The notes under the pieces: model-generated | Told to the model about the DNA's origin: nothing | The model's database searches: none | What the model saw: only the letters and a program-made list of their open reading frames with translations | Shown here: piece by piece, positions 1 to 9,136 of the stretch | How the letters are laid out: each line of letters begins with the position of its first letter | How positions within the stretch are numbered: the stretch's first letter is position 1 | IMG/VR virus record: IMGVR_UViG_3300025114_001676 | Coordinates: 1 to 22,177 of that record | Strand: one strand, 5' to 3' | Source of the DNA: a virus | Length of the DNA: 22,177 nucleotides | Program-made: the position numbers and the translations under genes

Positions 1-228
1 ATCTAATACATAATCAACCGATATCAGTTTGTCATAAAATAAAGTAACACCTTCTGCTACCTTATCTTTGTATGTTCCTGATGTTTGTAATAAATTATAA
101 AACCCGCCATACCAAGTATTGATTGCTACTGTAAGTTGGACTTGAATCCATAGAGAGGCTACTAACAGCGCACCGCCGCCGTATGCCCATAAGGCCCACT
201 TCTTACTTCTATAAAATGCTTTGATCAT
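1..228 (-). CDS. SbmA/BacA/YddA-like inner-membrane transporter, N-terminal part only (runs off the window)
   Basis: Not in the ORF track. Manual translation from ATG at 228, which overlaps the upstream TGA as ATGA: MIKAFYRSKKWALWAYGGGALLVASLWIQVQLTVAINTWYGGFYNLLQ... open to base 1. A hydrophobic helix followed by VAINxWYGGFYxLLQ resembles the VxLNxWxxxFYxALQ motif of the SbmA/YddA transmembrane domain. Confidence 0.7.
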   Translation of the reverse strand, partial: MIKAFYRSKKWALWAYGGGALLVASLWIQVQLTVAINTWYGGFYNLLQTSGTYKDKVAEGVTLFYDKLISVDYVLD

Positions 229-1466
229 CCGAATAAACCCTCAAGTGTGGCTCGGCGTTTATGTCGGAACAAATCAAACTCCTTATTCTTACCAAAGGCC
301 CAGCAATTTTCTATATAAACCTTATTCATAAACTCTATAAGGTCTTCCTTGGTCTCAAACTTATTCTTACCTTGTGGCCGCTGCATTATTCTCATACCTA
401 TTTGACCTATCCAATGGGGCCTCAGGGAATCCACCAGCTCATCACCAGACCGATACCTCTTGCCTTTTATTTTGGGGTCCATAATATTAGTGATTAGAAA
501 ACCATTATCACTCAAAGTATTGAAACTATTTATCGCTACAGGCAGATAAAACTCATCGCGCCAAATGCTGTATTCATTATATTTACTCCAACTCTGGTCT
601 TCCTCAAAATCTCCACCCTCATTATATCTCTCTGTGGAAAAATATGGTGGTGATGTAAAAGCACAATCTACATCCCTAATATCATCCCAAGGCAAATCTT
701 CAGCGCCACACCTATATATCTGCACTGTTTTGCCGGGAGACATTTTATCCAACTCCTGTATCATTTGATGGTATACCTCAAAAGTGTTAGGATTCGGATC
801 ACAACCAATATAGTGTGTTGCATCTGAGGCATAAAAACCAGTAAGTCTATCACCCCAACCCATAGAAGTATCAAGCACAGTTTTAGCACCAGTCATATTA
901 TAGACCGTCTTTGCTACAATCGGCTTGAATTGTGTGGCGATATATGTGCCTAAGCGTAATACTTCCATCACACTTTTCGGACTCAAGTCCTCTGTGCTAT
1001 TTACTCCACGCCACAAGCCACCAATAGAGGCCCATATTTTCTTGGCATCACCTTCTTCCCAACATTGTGCCGGGGCCATATGTGAATAAGAACCACACTT
1101 CAACCTCAAATGGTTCATAAAATAATCAGAGCAGGTGTTGTATGTTGATGGTGTTTCTATTAGACCAAGTCCGTGTTCCTTGAAGTTGTATTTGTAATCA
1201 TCATACTTTTCCATCACTTCATTTTCTATCGCCTCTACTGGAACCAAAAAGTTGGTGTAATCCACAGCCTTCAGCTTTTGGAAGTTTGATACCATTTTAT
1301 CATATGGTATTTCCCTAAAAGGAAACGGTGGCCGTTCCTGGGCCACATATTCCGAAATCGTTTTACGGCATTCTTCTTTACCATAGGTCTCCGTGATGTA
1401 GCGAAACTCACCTTTATTCAAGTAAAAGTTGTGCTCGCCCAAATAACTATATAATTCTTTATTCAT
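225..1466 (-). CDS. SAM-dependent amino-methyltransferase (m4C/m6A type, SPPY), probably acting on DNA
   Basis: Motif I-like VLDTSMGWGDR, then YIGCDPN, then catalytic motif IV FTSPPY. Long N-terminal region precedes the methyltransferase core. Start overlaps the gp43 stop. Confidence 0.8.
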   Translation of the reverse strand: MNKELYSYLGEHNFYLNKGEFRYITETYGKEECRKTISEYVAQERPPFPFREIPYDKMVSNFQKLKAVDYTNFLVPVEAIENEVMEKYDDYKYNFKEHGLGLIETPSTYNTCSDYFMNHLRLKCGSYSHMAPAQCWEEGDAKKIWASIGGLWRGVNSTEDLSPKSVMEVLRLGTYIATQFKPIVAKTVYNMTGAKTVLDTSMGWGDRLTGFYASDATHYIGCDPNPNTFEVYHQMIQELDKMSPGKTVQIYRCGAEDLPWDDIRDVDCAFTSPPYFSTERYNEGGDFEEDQSWSKYNEYSIWRDEFYLPVAINSFNTLSDNGFLITNIMDPKIKGKRYRSGDELVDSLRPHWIGQIGMRIMQRPQGKNKFETKEDLIEFMNKVYIENCWAFGKNKEFDLFRHKRRATLEGLFG

Positions 1467-3955
1467 CCAAATAACGCCTCTAATGTCCTACTTGTGCCAA
1501 AACTTCTATCTATCTCCCAACCTACCTGAGTTACAATAAACTGTAAAGGATCTACAAAAGATTTTTCAAACTGTAAATCCATATCTACTACATCATGCAG
1601 TCTAAACTCCTCAGGCAACTCACCCAAAAAAGAAATCACATTAGCTTGCAAAACATTCGGCATCTTCAAGTTTAGATATTTGATCTTATCGCCGTCCCGG
1701 ATCAGCTGATACTTATTAGTCAGTTTATGTTTCTTCAAAAGATGGTTGTAAATCAAAGCACCCTTGATGTGCATTGGTGTTCCTTTCTTATAAATGTTTG
1801 AGGCATCACCCCACTTCTTTATGCCATTGACTCCCCGTGGGAATGCTATTTCTTCAACCGGAGTAACGAGAAATTCTTTCCTAAAAGCCTGAATAAAAGT
1901 ATTGACCGCTGAAGCATCTTCATTCACTATCACCTTCAACACTTCCTTAATCTTTGTCCTACACGGTCCTGGTGTTGAGGACTTCACTGCCTCAATACCC
2001 ATTATTTTCAGTTGGGGTTCTTCATATCTCACACCCTCACTATCATGCACATTTAGGATGTATCGTTTCTTGGCAGTCCAGATACCTTTGTCAGCAATAA
2101 CTTCTCTTGCCATCTCCATCTTCTGTGCATAAGCATTTACATACTCAGCCAATTCCTCATAACACTTGGTGATATAAGGCTCCATCTTCTCTGATGCCAC
2201 CTTGTCTAAAAAGTCAATCGGGTTTTTCGGTTCAACTTTCTTTACTAGCTCATCAAACTTCACATAGATGGAATCAGTATCAGAAGCGACCACATAATCC
2301 TCACCTTCTGTCTGTAAAATTTTATTCAAGTATTCATTCACCTTATTTTCAATCCATCTAATAGACAACTGACCTGATGTTGTTATGGCAGTAGCCAACC
2401 TTTCATCATAATAACGGAAGTATTGATTGCCGATAGCCCCATAACAACTATTCAATGCTATCTTTCTTGCCATCTGAATGTTGTGATACTTGGATATCTC
2501 CTTCAGATACTTTTTATCTTTGGTGTTTTCATATCGTTGTCGGGCCTCTAATGAATACTTTTTGAATTTCACACGGTCCTCATACATTTTCTCCATCAAC
2601 TCTGGGAGAAAGCCACTCTTATCGGTTCTAAAACAAGCGGCATTAGGAGTTACGGTTAGTTTCAACTCTTTCAGAAAATCAGTTTCTACTTCCTTAGTCA
2701 AAAGTTTATCTACTGAAATACCCCTTGGGAATCTTTCCGAAATCATAGTTTCTGGAGAAATATTATACTCCATAATAAGATGGGGATAAAGAGAATTGAG
2801 GTCAAACGATACTATCCAGTTATGCTGTCCTGTCTGTGGGTCCTTTACATAAGCCCCTTCATACCTAGACCCTTTACTCTCTGATATTTTTGGCGGCACC
2901 GCTATCTTTTTTGTTTTTAGATAATTGAAAATAATAACATCCCACATTCTAACTTGTGAGAATACATCAATATAATTTACCTTCGCCTCATATGCCATAG
3001 TGATACACATTTCAAGCAACTTCATCTTATCTTCTAAAGCATCTACCAGTTCCACATCCTTGATATTATAATCAACAAACGATTGATAATCTTTTGTATA
3101 CCACTCCTTGAATGTATCATAAGGATTCTTGTCCTTCTTTACACCCAACTCAATACTTGCTATGTAATCTAAAGCAAAGGACTCTTGGTTCTTATATGTA
3201 AATTTCATATAGATGTCCATATAATCCAGATTAGAAACACCCCAAATATTATACTTGGTGAATTCACGACCATAAGATGTCACCTTCTCCTCTGATACAA
3301 CATTCCACGGAGATAATAGGTTTGTCTTTTTAGGACCGAATAGTTTGGTGATACGATTACACAGATAAGGAATATCAAAGAAGTTTATATTCCAACCAGT
3401 TATAACATCTGGCTTGACTTGTGAGAAAAACTCCACAAATTGCTCGAGTAATTCCCTTTCATCCAGACAACGGACATACTCCACATCATCCCTGTCTGTT
3501 TTGAATTCATCTATGCCCCACACCAAAATCTTCTTTGTGTTTTGGTTCTTCACCGTAATGGCTAGGACTTCTTCTTCTGCTTCTTTGGGCTCTGGAAAAC
3601 CATTCTCACTAGCGACCTCAATATCAATAGTAAGAATAAGAATCTTCTCCTTATCCCAATTCACCAACCCCTCATATGTATCAGAAATCCAGGTGTATGG
3701 ATATCTTTCAAAACCATACACGAAACCTGGCAAATCTTTATACTGATTGATGAAATCTCTGGCCTCGGAAATGGAGCCAAAAGTTATCGGCTCCACAGAC
3801 CGACCCTGCAGAGTTTTATATTTTGATTTCTTTTTTGTGGGCCGGAATAATGTAGGTTTATAATCCAACCGCTCCTGCACACGCTTCCCATCCTCAATTT
3901 TGCGGATGAGAAATGTATTCCCGCGTTGAATTATTGACGTATAAAACGATTCCAT
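1463..3955 (-). CDS. gp43: Family B DNA polymerase (T4 gp43-like)
   Basis: ExoI DIEV, ExoII GWNINFFDIPY, ExoIII YNIKDV, region II SFDLNSLYP, region III KIALNSCYG, region I ASDTDS, KKRY. Start moved from 3964 to the ATG at 3955 because the first ATG overlaps the promoter -10 box. Confidence 0.98.
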   Translation of the reverse strand: MESFYTSIIQRGNTFLIRKIEDGKRVQERLDYKPTLFRPTKKKSKYKTLQGRSVEPITFGSISEARDFINQYKDLPGFVYGFERYPYTWISDTYEGLVNWDKEKILILTIDIEVASENGFPEPKEAEEEVLAITVKNQNTKKILVWGIDEFKTDRDDVEYVRCLDERELLEQFVEFFSQVKPDVITGWNINFFDIPYLCNRITKLFGPKKTNLLSPWNVVSEEKVTSYGREFTKYNIWGVSNLDYMDIYMKFTYKNQESFALDYIASIELGVKKDKNPYDTFKEWYTKDYQSFVDYNIKDVELVDALEDKMKLLEMCITMAYEAKVNYIDVFSQVRMWDVIIFNYLKTKKIAVPPKISESKGSRYEGAYVKDPQTGQHNWIVSFDLNSLYPHLIMEYNISPETMISERFPRGISVDKLLTKEVETDFLKELKLTVTPNAACFRTDKSGFLPELMEKMYEDRVKFKKYSLEARQRYENTKDKKYLKEISKYHNIQMARKIALNSCYGAIGNQYFRYYDERLATAITTSGQLSIRWIENKVNEYLNKILQTEGEDYVVASDTDSIYVKFDELVKKVEPKNPIDFLDKVASEKMEPYITKCYEELAEYVNAYAQKMEMAREVIADKGIWTAKKRYILNVHDSEGVRYEEPQLKIMGIEAVKSSTPGPCRTKIKEVLKVIVNEDASAVNTFIQAFRKEFLVTPVEEIAFPRGVNGIKKWGDASNIYKKGTPMHIKGALIYNHLLKKHKLTNKYQLIRDGDKIKYLNLKMPNVLQANVISFLGELPEEFRLHDVVDMDLQFEKSFVDPLQFIVTQVGWEIDRSFGTSRTLEALFG

Positions 3956-3962
3956 ATTATTC

Positions 3963-3991
3963 ATTATACACTATGGTGCATAAGAAGTCAA
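3963..3991 (-). promoter_or_regulatory. sigma70-type promoter for gp43
   Basis: TTGACT (3991-3986), 17 nt spacer, TATAAT (3968-3963); ATG follows after 7 nt. Confidence 0.85.
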
Positions 3992-3993
3992 TA

Positions 3994-4311
3994 CTATTCG
4001 CTTAATACTTTCTTGGTATCTACCCTCAAATTGGGAACAACTATGCCTGAACCAAACATTTGATTGTACCCATTTAGTAAATCTTTATTCATTGTGGTAC
4101 TAAAAACAAGCCAATCTTTAGGAACATCCACAGATTTCTCGGTAGTAAAAGGACACCATGGTGCAAACCCCATCTGCACATTACCACCTCTTGGATCACC
4201 CATCGGTACTATCTGTGCTGGGTTTGTTATTGACACCACATCATCCTTTTCTTCCACATCACCAACTATATCTTCACCTGATTTCAGGCGAAGCAATTTC
4301 ACTTCACTCAT
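3994..4311 (-). CDS. Conserved T4-like phage protein, probable Sm/LSm-like beta fold
   Basis: N-terminal VKLLRLKSGEDIVGDVEE...ITNP pattern and position between regA and gp43, as recalled for marine T4-like phages. The fold is inferred. Confidence 0.6.
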   Translation of the reverse strand: MSEVKLLRLKSGEDIVGDVEEKDDVVSITNPAQIVPMGDPRGGNVQMGFAPWCPFTTEKSVDVPKDWLVFSTTMNKDLLNGYNQMFGSGIVVPNLRVDTKKVLSE

Positions 4312-4320
4312 AACAATTCC

Positions 4321-4728
4321 TCAATCTACTCTTTTCTTTGAACCTATATTATATTTTGTTTCCAACACCCAATCTTCTTTATCTCTATATGACAAAACCT
4401 TTATCTGTGATAGTGGGGCTTTAGGTTCAGCTACCCCAACAATTTCTATCAATTCCCAATCACCTAACAAACTCGCTATTGTATTCCTTCTCTCTACATC
4501 ATTCAGTGTTATGTTTGTTGGCTTACCATCAAGTGCAAATAATTCCTTAAAATGTACTATGAAATATCTACCTTGTTTGTGTAATATGTGGCACGACTGA
4601 TATAAAATTTTATCCTTTCTACTTGCAACACCGATACGAGATAAAGTTTCTCTGACTTTTAGAAAATCATCTGGCTCGTTTAACTTTACCTCCAGCATCA
4701 TTTCGGGAGTCCACTCCACTTCTTCCAT
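4321..4728 (-). CDS. regA: Translational repressor RegA
   Basis: EVKLNEPDDFLKVRETLSRIGVAS, LYQSCHILHKQGRYFIVHFKELFALDG; upstream GAGGTG ribosome-binding site. Confidence 0.97.
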   Translation of the reverse strand: MEEVEWTPEMMLEVKLNEPDDFLKVRETLSRIGVASRKDKILYQSCHILHKQGRYFIVHFKELFALDGKPTNITLNDVERRNTIASLLGDWELIEIVGVAEPKAPLSQIKVLSYRDKEDWVLETKYNIGSKKRVD

Positions 4729-5122
4729 GGTTTACACCTCTAATCAATTTTCTTTTTATAGTTTTAACTTGGTCATCGGTCAAAACACGGAGGGCCTGTT
4801 TAGCCTTTTCATTGCTATAGCCATAATATTCTTTGATATACTCTATGTCTTTCACCTTTGAAGCACGAATCCACTTCGCAAAGCGTTTCCGCTTACTCAA
4901 ACTATTTATGAAAAAGTCATTTTGCAGACGATTGTCCAGATAATGCATACGGTTCATTTCATTCACATAGAATATGGCATCTCCGTGGGCTGATAAACAC
5001 TTATTGATGATGTAAGCTGGGTACTTTTTCTCCCAAAACTCATCCTCATCTTCCATAAGGTTCTTCTTCCCAAAGTTTATTTCATTTAGGTATTGTGATA
5101 ATTGATAATCTTTTTTACTCAT
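4667..5122 (-). CDS. gp62: Clamp loader small subunit (gp62)
   Basis: YPAYIINKCLS, NEMN, KRKRFAKW, IKEYYGYSNEKAKQAL. Start reassigned to ATG 5122 (MSKKDY), coupled to the upstream stop at 5115-5117. Confidence 0.93.
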   Translation of the reverse strand: MSKKDYQLSQYLNEINFGKKNLMEDEDEFWEKKYPAYIINKCLSAHGDAIFYVNEMNRMHYLDNRLQNDFFINSLSKRKRFAKWIRASKVKDIEYIKEYYGYSNEKAKQALRVLTDDQVKTIKRKLIRGVNHGRSGVDSRNDAGGKVKRAR

Positions 5123-5684
5123 GCCAATTCTGCCATAACCAATTAGTGTGTTGCTCTTCATTATAGATACGATAATCATCCCAATTACCGTAAGTCCTCA
5201 TATGAGTATACACTGAATTTGTGTTGGCGTCAAGGATTTTTTCCTCCCACCAATCAGGAGACTTCACAGTGCAATGTGCATTTTCTCCATTGGGTAATAT
5301 TGCTTGGGCCGGCTGTGTTGATATGCCTAGAAATACAAACCTCTCAGCTCGGTCAAACATAAGTTGTAAAGTTTCTAGGCATTCTTCTTCAGGTATATGT
5401 TCCATCACATCAATAGAAAATACACCATCATAAGTTTTATCAGGCAACTTATCATGCTCTGGAATTGCCGGGTCATATAAATCTGGTCTTAAACCATCCC
5501 ACCTTTGATGGATATTATATATAGAATATTGTGTGCCCTTACCACAACCAAAATCTAATAGACTTCGGCACTTTGTTTCTCTTATCAGACCCACCAGCTG
5601 GTCTATATGAACCAACATGATACTACCTGCACCATAATCAGGTACAATTTTGTGGTGCTCTTTATATAATTCTACGTTTTTCAT
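5115..5684 (-). CDS. Class I SAM-dependent methyltransferase (small-molecule/glycan type)
   Basis: Motif I LLDFGCGKG; DGVFSIDVMEHIPE; NGENAHCTVKSPDWW. No DPPY/SPPY motif. Confidence 0.85.
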   Translation of the reverse strand: MKNVELYKEHHKIVPDYGAGSIMLVHIDQLVGLIRETKCRSLLDFGCGKGTQYSIYNIHQRWDGLRPDLYDPAIPEHDKLPDKTYDGVFSIDVMEHIPEEECLETLQLMFDRAERFVFLGISTQPAQAILPNGENAHCTVKSPDWWEEKILDANTNSVYTHMRTYGNWDDYRIYNEEQHTNWLWQNWHE

Positions 5685-6376
5685 ATGATAGAATTACTCA
5701 CTAAGAAATTATCAAGCGTTGGAAGATTGAATAAAGAGTTGTCATACACTTCTTTACTGAGCTCACATCCAAGATATTTTCTATTCATTTTTTTAGCTAC
5801 TTGTAATGAAATACCAGATGCTGCAAACGGGTCTAAAACTTTATCACCTTCTTTAGTTAGTCTATCTATTATCATATGGCAAAATGGTTCTGGCCACATA
5901 AATGAATTCAAAGCACCTTTTATGTTGCCTATCCTTTCTGTATTATATATCAAAATATTTTTCAAGAAATCTCCTGAGCGTTTAATTGTACCATTTCTGG
6001 TAAATATCACACATTGTTGATAATTGAAATAATACATATCTCTTTTATCTACTGGTTCATTTCTCACCACAATTTTGTAATCTTTCATTTTCATACCACA
6101 TTCCGAAAGCGCATTGCTGTATGTGATATGATTGGCTAAAATTTCACCATTGATTTTGCGGTCTGTCTGTGATACCACCACAAATCCATCGTCTTTCACC
6201 ATACGAGCAAATTCTTTCATCACATTAGTCTGAAACTCTTTATAACTTACCGTATCTTTCTCAAAGTGTGTCTGTGAAATATCTGGTAGACTACTAAAGA
6301 CTAAATCGACCGACTTGTCTTCCACTTCTTTCATTAAATCGGCAGCATCACACAGTAAAAATTGATTCCATTCCAT
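5681..6376 (-). CDS. Beta-class N4/N6 DNA methyltransferase-fold protein with non-canonical catalytic motif (SLPD)
   Basis: N-terminal SVDLVFSSLPD sits where D/SPPY is expected. C-terminal motif I VLDPFAASG...RKYLGCEL. AGGAGG lies 7 nt before ATG 6376. Confidence 0.8.
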   Translation of the reverse strand: MEWNQFLLCDAADLMKEVEDKSVDLVFSSLPDISQTHFEKDTVSYKEFQTNVMKEFARMVKDDGFVVVSQTDRKINGEILANHITYSNALSECGMKMKDYKIVVRNEPVDKRDMYYFNYQQCVIFTRNGTIKRSGDFLKNILIYNTERIGNIKGALNSFMWPEPFCHMIIDRLTKEGDKVLDPFAASGISLQVAKKMNRKYLGCELSKEVYDNSLFNLPTLDNFLVSNSII

Positions 6377-7199
6377 CAAAAAACCTCCTACCTACACACC
6401 AGAATAAAATCTTCTGGTCTAAATTTATATTATTTAACATCCACTTATGAGCCTTGGCTTCATATATATCATCTAGTGCTATATCTCCTACCCATTGTAT
6501 TTCTGATTTAGAATACGGTGAATTGGTAGATATTAATTCATACTCATATTTAACCTTTTCTTCCCAAACCAATTCTTCTCTATACAAATAACTATCTACT
6601 AATTTACGTCTATCTGGACCTACATGAACTCCTATCACTCGTTTGACGATTTTATTATGTTCATGCAAACCCTTTAGAATATTTGCAAATTGTATTCCAC
6701 TTCCCATAGGGACTACTAAAACATCCAACTCATCAGGTATGTTCTTCACCTGTTGAGTATTTACAAACATCAACTCTGGATGACTATAAATGTGTTTGCT
6801 AAAATCTGGATTGTAATAACCATTCTCTTGTTGTATCTCTCTTATTCTAGCTGTAATAGCAGTTTTCATGCCATGACCAGCTACAATTCTTATCTCTGCT
6901 CCAAAATGCTTACATAATCGCATCATCGGCAGCTTATCTAAATTTTCAGGTTTAGTTCCGCCTACAGCAATAATACAAGGAACATCATATTCTTTTGCCA
7001 CTCTACTAAAAATTGTAGATGATGGAGAATGTACTGAAGTTGATGCTATAACACCAGGTCCGAGATTACATTGCTCAAAAATCTCTATCGTTTGTCTGAC
7101 TTTACCACCATTAACATCGCCATACGGTGCATAAAGGTCATCACGCTTATAATAAATTCCGTTATGCTCTTCGACTGGCGTAAGGTTATAAGTTTTCAT
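6348..7199 (-). CDS. PLP-dependent fold-type II enzyme (ACC deaminase/D-cysteine desulfhydrase-like)
   Basis: LTPVE...YYKRDDL...NGGKVRQ retains the PLP lysine (compare KRDD...GNKxR). Phosphate-binding loop VVPMGSG; LDDIYEAKA; ILFW. Confidence 0.85.
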   Translation of the reverse strand: MKTYNLTPVEEHNGIYYKRDDLYAPYGDVNGGKVRQTIEIFEQCNLGPGVIASTSVHSPSSTIFSRVAKEYDVPCIIAVGGTKPENLDKLPMMRLCKHFGAEIRIVAGHGMKTAITARIREIQQENGYYNPDFSKHIYSHPELMFVNTQQVKNIPDELDVLVVPMGSGIQFANILKGLHEHNKIVKRVIGVHVGPDRRKLVDSYLYREELVWEEKVKYEYELISTNSPYSKSEIQWVGDIALDDIYEAKAHKWMLNNINLDQKILFWCVGRRFFDGMESIFTV

Positions 7200-7211
7200 T
7201 TATCCACTTGT

Positions 7212-8216
7212 TCATTTCTTAAACACAAAAATTGGTTCGTATTTGACTTTGCCCTGCTGTGAGGACAACTGGAGATTCCACCTGGAAATATAATTGAATC
7301 CTGTTTCCATACCCAAACGCACAGTATCTTCCTCAAATGTTTTTATTCGTTTTGTGTTGGCTACATTCATCAACATCCAACCATCCTCTTTCAGACCATA
7401 ATAACAATTCTCCATAGTCTTTCTCAGGAAGCCTTCTAACCATTCATCTGTTGTTGGATACTTCTTATATGATTGTGTATCTTCATCAGAGTATTTCTCC
7501 CAATCAAAATATGGTGGTGAAGTGAAGCATAGATTTACACTGTTTCTATCTGGTCTAAACTCCTCACTACCCATCTTGTGCAATTCTATTGTGCGGTTCT
7601 TATCTCCCCAATCATCCCTTATCTGTTCCAATCCCACATAAGTTTCCGTGCAGGGGTCAGTGCCAATATAATTCACACCAGCAGCAATAGAACCCAACAA
7701 ACGCCCACCATAACCACAACTCATATCCCAAGTTGTGCCGGCATCTGTATTGAATAGGGGTGAAGCCTTCTCTAAAAACTTATCATAGATTAGAGCAGCT
7801 GCTGTCGGTCTGAAATTGGAAACAACCTGTGTTCCAGAATACCGACTGAGGACTTTCCTCTTATCGGATTCTGTTACTCGGTGATATTCCTGACGATCCC
7901 AAAACACACCTTCTAAAAGTTTTCGGATAGCTCGTTTCAGATGCACTTCATCTTCCCATATCTCTACAGGAGTTTTCATAGTGCCACACTTGATGCCCCA
8001 ATGATGGGACATATAACTCCAAGCCAAAGCATAACCGTGGCCGCTGGTGCCTACTGCTTTATCTTTAGGCTTATATAATGTAGACCTATCAAATGCTATG
8101 AGTTTAGCGAATTCTCTTTTGCGCCAAGCATAGTTAGTGGGAAAATCAGGGAAGCCCTTTTCTTTCCACTCCACATATGCCTGGTCTACTAATTCTTCAC
8201 TTACTTGAATCGGCAT
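7212..8216 (-). CDS. SAM-dependent amino-methyltransferase (SPPY), same family as 225..1466
   Basis: WDMSCGYGGRL, YIGTDP, FTSPPYFDWEKY. ATG 8216 preferred; TTG 8240 is an alternative start. Confidence 0.82.
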   Translation of the reverse strand: MPIQVSEELVDQAYVEWKEKGFPDFPTNYAWRKREFAKLIAFDRSTLYKPKDKAVGTSGHGYALAWSYMSHHWGIKCGTMKTPVEIWEDEVHLKRAIRKLLEGVFWDRQEYHRVTESDKRKVLSRYSGTQVVSNFRPTAAALIYDKFLEKASPLFNTDAGTTWDMSCGYGGRLLGSIAAGVNYIGTDPCTETYVGLEQIRDDWGDKNRTIELHKMGSEEFRPDRNSVNLCFTSPPYFDWEKYSDEDTQSYKKYPTTDEWLEGFLRKTMENCYYGLKEDGWMLMNVANTKRIKTFEEDTVRLGMETGFNYISRWNLQLSSQQGKVKYEPIFVFKK

Positions 8217-9136
8217 TGAGTCATTATCTCTGTCAAACAAGCGAGTAAATTTATTTCAGGATCAGCAACAAAGGCTGCCTTCATCTGATATTCTCCGATA
8301 ATAATAACAGCAGACGGTATAGTGGCTGGTTCAAGATATGTGTAAAGGCTATCGTAAATCTTGCGGAAGATTTTAACAGGGTCGTTGTCAATGTTATCAA
8401 CAACCCATTTACGGACCTTTGTAAACTCCTTCTCCTTTAGGTGGAGGGCCAACTCTTTCATATTGACTTCTGAAAGATTGACTAGGATGCCGGAGTCTAT
8501 CTTGCCTGACACACTATACCGCTGCAACTCATTCAACACTCGCCGGTTATCCGGGAAGTGTTTCATAATCATTTCTGCTACAACTTTCTTTTCATACTCT
8601 ACATTCTGCTCTTTAAGTATATCACAACAACGCTCAAGTAATTCAGTCGCCAACTTCTGCCGGCCACCATTAACCTTAAACTCTATAACCGAACAACGAG
8701 AATGTAACGGTTCAATAATTCTGTTTTTGAAATTGCAGGTAAAAATGAACCTACAATTATTATGAAACTCCTCAATGAACCCACGCAAAGCAGGTTGTGT
8801 AGATGAGGGGTTTAGATAATCTGCTTCATCTAATATTACTACCTTCTGTCCACCTTGTAGTGATACTGTAGAAGCAAAGTTTTTAATTTTTGTCCGTAGA
8901 ATATCAATACCGGATTCCTCCGATCCGTTGATAATCATATAGTCACGGTTGAGCTCCTCACAAAGAGCTCTAGCTACTGTTGTCTTACCAACACCGGCAC
9001 CACCGGACAAAAGTAAATTAGGAAGTTCATTATTCTTAACAAACTCCTCAAATGTTTTCTTTATTGATTTAGATAGAATACAATCAGCAATCTTCTTCGG
9101 CCGATATGTTTCCACCCACAAAATGTTTTCTGCCAT
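8201..9136 (-). CDS. gp44: Clamp loader large subunit, AAA+ ATPase (gp44)
   Basis: [16 protein letters not shown], Walker A GGAGVGKTT, Walker B ILDEAD, SRC motif, FPDNRR. Confidence 0.97.
   Translation of the reverse strand: MAENILWVETYRPKKIADCILSKSIKKTFEEFVKNNELPNLLLSGGAGVGKTTVARALCEELNRDYMIINGSEESGIDILRTKIKNFASTVSLQGGQKVVILDEADYLNPSSTQPALRGFIEEFHNNCRFIFTCNFKNRIIEPLHSRCSVIEFKVNGGRQKLATELLERCCDILKEQNVEYEKKVVAEMIMKHFPDNRRVLNELQRYSVSGKIDSGILVNLSEVNMKELALHLKEKEFTKVRKWVVDNIDNDPVKIFRKIYDSLYTYLEPATIPSAVIIIGEYQMKAAFVADPEINLLACLTEIMTQCRFK

Noticed and set aside
527-534. GATAAATA inside the 225..1466 methyltransferase gene
   Set aside because: Mid-gene and about 300 nt from the next start; plausibly a chance match in AT-rich DNA.
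1463-3964. Intron, intein or split in gp43
   Set aside because: The ORF is continuous, of normal length, with motifs in order and no homing endonuclease or intein signature.
4667-4728. gp62 C-terminal extension overlapping regA by 62 nt
   Set aside because: Most simply a late stop codon reading through the regA ribosome-binding site; no evidence of function.
8210-8240. TTGACA at the gp44 3' end as an internal promoter for the cassette
   Set aside because: No -10 hexamer at 16-18 nt spacing (CCGATT at 17 nt).
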